The translations under genes and the position numbers were made by a program. Of a DNA stretch of 64,000 bases, positions 55,401 through 64,000 are shown in pieces (positions within the stretch are counted from its first letter, which is position 1; each line of letters begins with the position of its first letter). The notes beneath the pieces are model-generated. The model had not been told where the DNA came from. It saw nothing but the letters and a program-made list of their open reading frames with translations, and ran no database searches. The DNA is from Tubiluchus corallicola (lineage: Eukaryota; Animalia; Priapulida), in contig JAQGDQ010000245.1 in NCBI GenBank assembly GCA_030141605.1, forward strand, positions 1 through 64,000, read 5' to 3'.

Positions 55401-55752
55401 CCAAAATCTATGTTTTCTTGACAAAATAAACAACATTAAATACCTGTTATCTAAAATCAAGAGAGTGGGCTTATTTTATCAATGAACTGTATCTCCTAAG
55501 TGTTCCCAGCTTTATAACACTAAGGAGTATAAAGAGGCATTTGCTTGGCTAGTTAGTTTTGAAATTTAATTTTAATATTTTTTCAGCTTGGTGCTGGAAG
55601 TCAACTTGCTGTGTATCTCCGTGACAACAACATTTACATTGTCGTACTGGTGTTAGACGATGTAATTGAAATCAAAGTGGAGGAGTACGAACTAGACAGC
55701 AAGTGGCACAGCATTCAATTGAAGATCTCTGATGACTTACTCATTGCAAGAA
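37499..55752 (+). CDS. Large secreted EGF-repeat / laminin-G protein (Crumbs/Eyes-shut-like): SP-LamG-18xEGF-LamG-EGF-LamG(partial); 3' end unresolved
   Basis: Phase-compatible GT-AG exons: 37499-37562 ([21 protein letters not shown] signal), 40283-40408, 40838-40950, 41485-41691, 41960-42098, 42241-42380, 42654-42870, 43680-43776, 43990-44099, 44855-44995, 45399-45615, 46505-46627, 47145-47287, 47597-47800, 48563-48790, 49077-49229, 49596-49711, 51066-51246, 52401-52594, 52744-52836, 53197-53544, 54011-54185, 54516-54667, 55587-55752. Motifs include Ca-binding EGFs (DIDEC, EINEC, DVDEC, DVNEC), LamG motifs ([16 protein letters not shown]...[13 protein letters not shown]) and a Crumbs-like inter-LamG EGF ([11 protein letters not shown]). 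Confidence 0.93.
39076..39995 (+). mobile_element. Composite element: MITE with (AAAAATGGCACA) arms containing a Helentron/HINE-like insert (~39231-39903)
   Basis: Outer arms GGTAAAAATGGC... and ...TGCCATTTTTTCCTGTGTCATTTTTACC are inverted. The inner element starts AAACTAGAATACACTC, has sub-TIR-like CTCAGCCAAAG / CCTTGGCAGAGG, and an (AAAC)n tract near its 3' end. Confidence 0.6.
40090..40227 (+). repeat. Tandem duplicate of exon 40283-40408 with its acceptor; possible alternative exon 40142-40225
   Basis: Near-identical to 40231-40396 except for a 27-nt deletion and a few substitutions. Confidence 0.85.
42945..43187. mobile_element. Tc1/mariner-type MITE
   Basis: TIRs CAGTGTCATGGCCAAAAGAATAAGACCAT and ATGGTCTTACTCTTTTGGGCATGACTG, followed by TA. 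Confidence 0.75.
44473..44799. repeat. Near-perfect intronic tandem duplication, period ~168 bp
   Basis: AGCGGCTACCCATCAATTTA...GATTATAAGGCAGCATATC occurs at 44473-44630 and 44641-44799. Confidence 0.93.
51784..52355. mobile_element. hAT-type MITE with perfect 8-bp TSD
   Basis: TIRs CAGTGGTGGCTCGT / ACGAGCTGCCACTG; TSD GTTTTAAT at 51776-51783 and 52356-52363. Confidence 0.88.
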
Positions 55753-55871
55753 GTATGTAAAATTTACATTGAGCTTCTGTAATGTTGTGATTGATTTCAT
55801 GCTGTGTCCTGATACTGTGTGGACTGTGATTCCCCATTGATAAACCTCTAGTGGCTGAAAGGTCAGACTAC

Positions 55872-55945
55872 CTTTGTAGTGTAATGGTTAGTTTAGCTGC
55901 CTGGATAGCAGACAGTCTTGGGTCTGAATCCCAGTGGAGGTGCAA
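55872..55945 (+). mobile_element. Degenerate tRNA-derived SINE-like head
   Basis: A box TAGTGTAATGG; B-box-like GGGTCTGAATCCC. Confidence 0.45.
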
Positions 55946-56563
55946 GGAATTTTTAGACTTTCTGCCTTGTTTAGTATTTTTTTGCATTTATTTAATCGAA
56001 TTTTGAACAAATAATCATGGAATGAGGGAATAAAGGATAGATGGGATTAACCTGGTGCAGTTAAATGGTACAAACTGTAACTAAATGGGCTATTTAGTTG
56101 CTACTTATTTATTTTGCATATATAAAAGTCTGTACATCATGACAGTTCTTGCATATCATTTACTCTCTGCATGTACATGACACTTTTTATTTTTAAGAGC
56201 AACATGCAAGTATTGGTAAAAATGTCATGTCTTTTGTTTACTGCACAACTGTTTTTGTTGTTCCAGTTAGCTTGCCAATTTGTGAATTACATGTGGCTGC
56301 TCTTCAGAGAGCTCATTGTTGAAATCACTAAATTACGTTTTTGTGCAGAAACAAGTATTGATTGTAACATCACCACGGAAAGTGATGATATTCGTATTGA
56401 GCTGAATATATATTGACCTGCATTATGTCATAAAGCTAGCCTTATTTTTAGAACATCTGTGATAATGTTCTTAGACACTTACAGTGACAGTTGTACCTAC
56501 ACTTTAAACAAACTCATTGTTTAATATGGCGAATCGTTAACAGTCGCAGGACTAGACCATGTA

Positions 56564-59500
56564 TCACCGAGTTGTCGCATATCGCATTTGCCTAATCTTC
56601 ATTTCAGTCTTCTTCAGCGAGTAATCAAATCCGCGAAAATGATACCAGTTGATGCCCTTCTGATGAAAGCTGTTTGGTCCCAGTAGGTAAAGACCATTGA
56701 GATTTGAGTACAAACAATCCCTGTACCACCAGCCACCAGCATGTGACTGAAATAATAAAAATCATTGTAGAATCACTTATAAATCAGTTGATACAGCTTA
56801 TTGGCATGACCTTTGCTTGATCTCAGTTTGTAGAATTATGTATTCATATATTATGTATACATATATTATGTATTCAATTTCAGAACTGGAGTGATTAACA
56901 GTAGAAATGCCACAAACTTGGCAAATCAGAAATGAGATGGTAAATTTAATATCAAGATTACAACAGTAAAAAATTCAAATATCAAGTGGTTTTTTTCTGT
57001 AAGAAACTCAATTAGTAGAATGCATAACTATTGGGTTAGAAACAAAATTGTATTTTAGTCCAAGTTTAGAACACTGTTGTTTTAAAAATTATTTTAATCA
57101 TTATCAAACTTACCTCTGCGCAATTTTTAGTAGGATGCATATCGTTATCACTGTCAGGCGTAGAGAACCTTTGATTAGAGTGATATGACAACGAGTCACC
57201 TGAAGCAAATGAGTTGATTAGGCCTATACTATGTTGTACTGGAATCTTGCACTAGCAGCTTTCGCTTGTTGTCGGCTCTGGCCACCTTGTGGTGATTTTT
57301 GGCTTAATCACGTGATCAATTTGATCTGGGTTAGAGGCCTACTGTGAAGTGAAGACGTGTCATGATAAATTGATAAGATATTGTCATTATCTGTTACAAT
57401 TGCTCATGATTTGGGGCTAATAACGTATGTATATCCTCTAATTACTTTAAAAAACTTAAATTTAGTTTAAAATAACAGCTAGGTATTAATTAATACAACA
57501 GTGCAGTGTATAATTCTTAATTATGTAAAATTGACTTTTGGCTATTGTTATTTTTTGGCACTAATTTCTTATGTTTAGATGGAATGACATGTTTTGGCAA
57601 ATAAAGAGCAAAGAAAGAGCAAAATGTAATCAAGCTTCAAATTTGGTTTTTGAAAGCCCAAACATATTTGTTACATAAATAGCATACGTTTCAAGAAAGC
57701 AAAGGAAAAAGTAGGTTTATGCAAAAAGTTTTATACCGAGATGCAATAGTGCTGTGATTATTTATACGACTTTTTTGTTAATGTAGTTTTTCAGCATAAA
57801 TACTGAAGACATTGCATCATTATTTCAACTTTTGAAAGAATTCTTAAGATGAATGTCGTACGTTTTCCCCTACTGCTTTTGCGATAGATGTCAAATGTTC
57901 ATACCTGCATTTCCAGAGTACATTCCAAGTATGAGGCGGTATCCGTCTGTTTCTGATGTGATTTCGAAGTTGTCATACTGTGCATATCGAGTTATCCCTT
58001 CAGCATCTTCCATATCTATCCGAATTTGAGATTTAGCTTGTAGAGCTAGATGTCTCAGTTTCTTCAGTCCTTGGTAAAATTTGAAATTTTGTTTATAATG
58101 CAGTTAACTTTAAGGTTCAGGTGATATAACCAATGGTGTAGCTAATACGGGAGCTATGGGAGCAACCGCTTCCCCGAGCACATTTTTTGAAATGGGTGCC
58201 TTTTCAACAATTTGTTTAATTCTTTAGTTCACTTGTATGATAAAAGTTGAATCTTTTATTATTATTTTTTAATCACCATGGCCTTGGAAGAATTTTCTGT
58301 AGTCATTACTTTATTTGACCAACCTGCCTCCCAGGTTTTTGAAAAGCATGCACTTACGCAACTCATTTGTCAAGGTTACTTACCTGATTGAACCAAGGAT
58401 CAAATTGCCCCAAATCTAATTACTGTAATATATTCTTGTTACACGCTGATATGGCATAGACAATTAAACATATAATTGTTTCATGCGTCGTAGTGCCTTT
58501 TTGGTATGTGTCATGGTGCCTTTTTTATGTGCTTGCTCCCCCCCCTGACTTTAGAACCTGGCTATGCCCCTGGGAATAACACAGGACAGCTTTTAAAATT
58601 ACTATTTTAACCTTTTAAGCAATTACAGGATTTTTCATCCTATCTTTGTACCTATTCGCAGAGTTTATTGTTCTAAACTCATTAAAATGTAGTATGATCA
58701 CAGGAATACTATTGAACATTTACCTAGCCAGAAGTCTTCAGTGAGTTGACCAAAGCCATATTCATACGATGACTTGCCTCGGTAAAAGTCTACAGAACCG
58801 TGATGTCGCTGCTGAAATACCTAGAAAAAGTAGGGGTTCATAAAATTGCTTTGTTTTTTATTTTATGTTGAAAAAAATCTGTGTTTTGAAATGAGATTGT
58901 GCAGTATGAACGCCTACAGGGGTAAATAAACACCAGTGTTAATTAGTGATTGTACATACAGTCCATCCACCACCATCAGTGTCCATGTCACAGAAAACTT
59001 CAAATGGATGATCAGAATATTCTGGCCATATCTTGTAGATTCCGGTGGTGTAGTTCATCCCACGTGAGCGCAGTTCAGCACAGTCAGTTGCATAGCCTGT
59101 AGCAGAACAGTTTAAAAGGTCAATTGTTTACAAACATTTTTTGCTAAGAAATACCTGTTAAGTGTTTGTATCGAACTGCAAATGTGATTCATTGCTTCAG
59201 TGGTTTCATTTAATTCTGACAGGTAGAGAACTGATTGGCTGAAATGGGGTGAATAACTGTAAAAGAACTCTTCTTTCTGGACAGCAAAAGCTAAAATGGT
59301 TTTTATTAACATTTAAGTTTAGAAGTGAATGTAAGTGGAAAAGAAATAATGTGGCAAAGTGAAACTCAAAACTTACTTAATCATGGAGCTTGTGAGAAAG
59401 CGAGCTACCCATCAGATTGTAACATGCTCTTATAATTATACAAGAACCAGAATAGGTGAAATGTTGCACATTTTTTGGGTGGGGGAATAGCTCCTTGAGT

Positions 59501-62500
59501 GGTACTGAAGTGTATATGGGTGCAAAGTTAAGATATGACAGGCCTGGTTAGTGAGTATATGGATTTGATACTTATGTTAACTAAATCGACATTCAGTTCT
59601 TTCACGTTTCATACTGAATGAGTTATACACATATCCTGATATTGCCGTGGCACCTCTACTGGTTCAGTGTCTCATCTCAGAGGACTATCCTTAATAATTT
59701 TGTAAAATTCCAGTCCTGCTACAGCCATCAATATAACATTGGTATGCACTTTAATAAATTCCAGTATTGTGCAGGATTGACTATTAAAAAACACGTTGTG
59801 ACTTACTTTAGGATTAGTTTCATAAGGCTAGAAGTTCGCTAGAGCTTCTGATTGCTACTTGGTTGGATGGACTTGGACATATTTGTGGTTGGTTGCGCTT
59901 TGTACATTCAGATAAAATACACTGAATCCAGCAGTTAGTTTTGTAAATCTTTCTAAAGGCTAGTTTTTGTAAACTAAGAACTGAATGCATAAGTTTTTTC
60001 CATGGGCATTAACCTGTTACTGTAGAGCATGGGAATTAAATACATTTTCATTAGTTTACAGAAAAGCACTAGGCAATAATTGCTGTTTTTAAGAGATAAT
60101 GATTATTGTGGCAGCATAAAATCGTGTTATTACTATCGTATCATAATTGGTTTAATAAATTGTTTTCGGCATCTCAGTATTCTTGTTAGTTTATGCCACC
60201 CATGATCTAGCTATTAAACTGTGTGTGTTTATTACAGGTGCAATAATTTTTACGACGACAAATCACGTTTATACGATTCAAAAGTGTGAATACGGTTGGC
60301 TAGTAATTTTTAGGCTTGTAATAACTATGCTTGGCACTGTATACTTTTCAAACACGAATGCATTTGATTGCACGCAGTCTAGAAATTCAATAAAAAATTA
60401 CAGGCTTTTGGAGTCCGGCATCAGGATGTCATTTGTATTCTTAAACCAAATCTGACACTATTGTTTTCTTTTTTATAAAACAGAATCTGCAGGGAAATAT
60501 TTTGAGCAACAGCAGCTGTATTTGTTCCATTTAAGGCATTCTCCTATATCATATGCATAGCGAAAGTTTAACTTACCTAAGCAAAATGTAGAAGACAGTG
60601 GTTCTAGTTCAGTAGGTTCCTCGTCGTCATCATCAGGATCCCCAGGAAGAATGATGAAGATTTCATCAAAGGTATCAAAATCGATGTAAAAATCAATGCA
60701 AAATTCTGAAAAGTCAAACGTCAGAGTGAAAATTTAGATGTTGCAAACGCTTTGGAATGTTGGAGTTTTGCAGTAAACTAGTAGAGGATTTTTAATTGTC
60801 GCTACGTTGTTCCCTGTTTCTTTACTGTAGCTGAAAGTTTGTTGATCCTGTAAAATCACTTTACTAGGCTATAATAAAACGTAGTTACGAAAGCCCAATA
60901 TATATTATAGCTTTATATCAAGTCCGCCCTAGATCATTTATTGTCAGGATTATCATTGTCAAAATTTTTAACTAGTAGTTACTTTTATGACAAAATAATG
61001 GGGTGCACTATTGCTTGCAGACACAGGCAAATTCCTTTCCAACTAAACCTGTTCAAAACCAGCCTCCACAATTACTTTGTCATTTGGGAGTACTGACAGA
61101 TTGATCGCTCATGAAAAATCACTTGTAATTGGACATGTTCTTACTGACATGCTGACCCTTAGGGTTTATAGAAAGTAAAAGTGACCAACCAGAAACAATG
61201 AGAGTTGCTGCCCAGTGCTACCTCCTGCATCAAATTTTCTATATAAATGTGCTCTACTATATAACAAATTTTGCAAAGGGACCAATAAAAGGCAATAAGA
61301 ATTTCTTGATGTACAAAACATAGTCAAGTACGTATTTTTTATGTATAATTCGTAAATTTGTGTTTATGTAAGATTTGTAAATCAAGATAATCAGAACAAA
61401 GTATATGTAGCATAATGACAATAATGTTGACAGTGATATTGACGCTGATGGTGATGATGATGTTAATGACAGTGACAATGAATGATGTTGATGGACAGCA
61501 GTGGTGATGGTGAAGATAATAAGGATGGTAATAATAAGGCAACAATGCGACATTCCTTCGATAAAAAACAGATAAGCAATAAATAAGAGCCCTTACTGTA
61601 CAATAGGAAATCAACCTCTGTCAGATCATCTTGAAAACACCGTTTTCTTTTTCCTATGAAGCGTTCGCATCCTCCTCGAAACAGCAGCTTCTTAAACAGA
61701 ACTCGCTTCCGAAGATTGTTTAACTGAAAAACGGCGTATAAATTAATGTGTGCTTGCTTATATAAAACAAAGAAGAATGTACTGTTCAGAATTAAATTGA
61801 AGAGATGCTCAAGCCATCAGTCGCAATTAAGTTGCTACTTCATCTTGATCTCCTGAAATATTAACAGTTCTTTTAATGACTTACACTTGGTCTAATGTGG
61901 CTATATTTTTAATCTTTCATCTTATGGGTATGTAAAATTAAGTGAGCTTCTTTGCGACCTTGACCTTTGACCTTTCAGGCTTGTGAATGTAGTAGTTGGA
62001 GAGGCTTTTAAGGACAGTATTGTGACAAATTTAGATCGACAGTTTCCAGACACATTTTGAGCATTTTGAAATTCACTCGTCAGATTCAAAGACCTACCTT
62101 TACTTTTAACTCAAATACTACATGTAGTGTATATGTCTAGTCAATGCAAAATTTGGTTTGATTTCGAACGTTTGTTGTTTTAGGTGCCTTTATACAATTC
62201 AGCTCGCTTAAGTCAAAATGCGCTACTAAACAATTTGGCCTACTTTTAATTTTTAATACTTATGGATTTCAACCTGCCTCATATGATGCCAGAAAAAATT
62301 AGATGAAAGATTTTATAGCTCCAAATTTGGGAGAAAGTATAAATTGTGGAACGTTTTCATCAATATTATTAATTAGTAAGTATTGCAGAAACAAGTCATA
62401 AATATCAATCACTGACAGTATAACAGTGTGTAATGTAGATGACGTCATCACATAATTATCACAAATTGATAGTATAAACCCCATGATTAATTCAATTTTG

Positions 62501-63125
62501 ATGCCAAACTTGAAAGACAGGAAATGTGAAAAGTTGTAACATAGCCTAGATTTGAACCCGGGACCTTCAGCTGACATTAAGATAATAAATAATGAATTAT
62601 CACAAATTGTTGTAAAATCAATTATTATACAGACTGTCCAATGATGTACTAGAAAGAGATAAATAAATAACACTTTTAATTCTAATTCTAATTTAATGCC
62701 GAAGACCATTCCATTTACGATTTAAGTATATGATTATCTCGCTGTCCTTTGTGACTAAGCTATATTATAGACAGAGCATCAGTGTGCCATACTAAATGTT
62801 TACTTACCCGCTTTGTAAGAGCGTAAAAAGTATGGTAAATCCTCGTATAGTTATCGCATTGTTTGAGATGACGCTCAAGCGACCCTAGTACATCTGACAG
62901 TTCTAAATCTATGGGGTGCTTGCGCGCGTCGTAGTCGTACGCTGCGCAGCCGCAACTGTAGAAATCGTGGCACTTATAACATTCTGTGTTGTTCTCAGTC
63001 TTGTTGGTCTCTTCTGCCTTTGTTTCATTAGGATGTTTCACATAGTACTCTTTGTAACGCTTTGATAATGTTAAGTGTAGTAAAAACCAGATCAGAACTA
63101 CGCTAAGTAAGACGGCTTGCTTCAT
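56564..63125 (-). CDS. Secreted fibrinogen-related domain (FReD) protein, ~413 aa, 8 exons
   Basis: Exons: 63125-62808 (signal peptide + Cys-rich region), 61723-61597, 60705-60577, 59096-58960 (ATDCAELRSRGMNYTTGIYKIWP...VFCDMDTDGGGWT), 58820-58724 (VFQQRHHGSVDFYR...GFGQLTEDFWLG), 58069-57905 (IRIDMEDAEG...YAQYDNFEI...YRLILGMYSGNAG), 57199-57114 (DSLSYHSNQRFSTPDSDND...NCAE), 56746-56564 (GGWWYRDCLYSNLNGLY...GINWYHFRGFDYSLKKTEMKIR...*). All phases are compatible; total 1242 nt. Confidence 0.93.
58131..58572. mobile_element. Older hAT-type MITE in a FReD intron
   Basis: Imperfect TIRs CAATGGTGTAGCTA / TGGCTATGCCCCTG; flanks GATATAAC / GGAATAAC resemble a decayed 8-bp TSD. Confidence 0.6.
62455..62577 (-). 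mobile_element. 5'-truncated copy of the tRNA-derived SINE-like family seen at 10.3-10.5 kb
   Basis: The reverse strand reads GGTCCCGGGTTCAAATCTAGGCT...TTTTCACATTTCCTG...AAGTTTGGCATCAAAATTGAATTAATCATGGGGTTT. Confidence 0.65.
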
Positions 63126-63363
63126 TGTTGATGCACGTCCAGATTAAAACAGTCTCAGAATCTGAAAAAATAACAGTGTATACGTGGTTGGCGGTTCCCT
63201 CGACCCTAATCATTCATTGTCTGAAACTCTGGATGCTCTTCTTGTAGTTGTTGGTGTATGACCTTTTTGAGAAAAGCCTAATGCTCCATGAATTTAGAAT
63301 GAAACGTCATCAAACGTCACACGAATGAATCCCGCATCGATTGACTGAGTCAGAATTTTTAAT

Positions 63364-63587
63364 CCGCCATTTAGAACTCAAGATGGCATTGACTGACATA
63401 GTAAGATATTCAGTTTGCTATCTTGAATTCAAGATGACAGCGATAAATCATTTTCAAAAAAGTGTGAGGGTCTACCAATTCGCTAATGATCGTCATAAAA
63501 CTTTATAGGAATATACTATAATGTATTCTGCATTGACTTGCATAGAAAGATTTTCGGTTTTGCCATCTTGAATTCAAGATGTTTGCA
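63364..63587. repeat. Three spaced copies of the palindrome (GC)CATCTTGAATTCAAGATG(GC)
   Basis: Copies at ~63366-63388 (degenerate), 63417-63438 and 63562-63581. Confidence 0.7.
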
Positions 63588-64000
63588 TAACGTCATTTTC
63601 TAACCCACAGTCTTCACTTCAATGAGACCCTCGATCAGTAGTCTGAGTCGAACTTATTATTGTTTTTTGATGCCCTAATTAATAGCTAGACTTAACTAAA
63701 GAAATTTAGAATTTATTAATTAAATACAAGTATGGTGTAAAAATTTTGGTTACGAAGTATACAGGTATGTGTTTTAAAGAACATAAATCAATATATTTTA
63801 TAAAAACAATCATAACAGTGTGTCCATAGCAGCTAGTACATGATCATGATTATGATGAGAACAACATAATATCATTCAGTCTCAGTTTCAGAGTAAACAT
63901 GTTGTGTTTATTTTTTTTTACAAAGAAGAAGTCGTTTTAAACTTCACCAAAAGTAAAGCTTTGACAAGTGGAAAACTTTGTAAAGTGTATTCGCATCCAT

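Noticed and set aside
60183-60455. + strand ORF as the continuation of the EGF/LamG gene
   Set aside because: It has an acceptor at ~60237 but no LamG, EGF or Crumbs-tail motifs.

Overview
AT-rich, intron-containing metazoan (invertebrate-type) genomic DNA, not prokaryotic; most entries in the ORF track are intronic noise. Reading splice sites and exon phases by hand gives five protein-coding genes. (1) The 5' part of an alkaline phosphatase on the - strand (3 exons; 3' part not found in the window). (2) A small secreted six-cysteine peptide gene on the - strand. (3) A complete Golgi carbohydrate sulfotransferase on the + strand. (4) A large secreted LamG + ~19 EGF + LamG protein on the + strand (Crumbs/EYS-like, but with an N-terminal LamG) whose third LamG domain breaks off. 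(5) A complete 8-exon fibrinogen-domain (FReD) gene on the - strand, missed by the ORF track apart from its first exon, lying tail-to-tail with, or nested inside, gene 4. Between and within the genes are a 43-bp minisatellite, microsatellites, tRNA-derived SINE-like copies and several MITEs (piggyBac-, hAT-, Tc1- and Helentron-like). All coordinates were read by eye, and no database searches were run.
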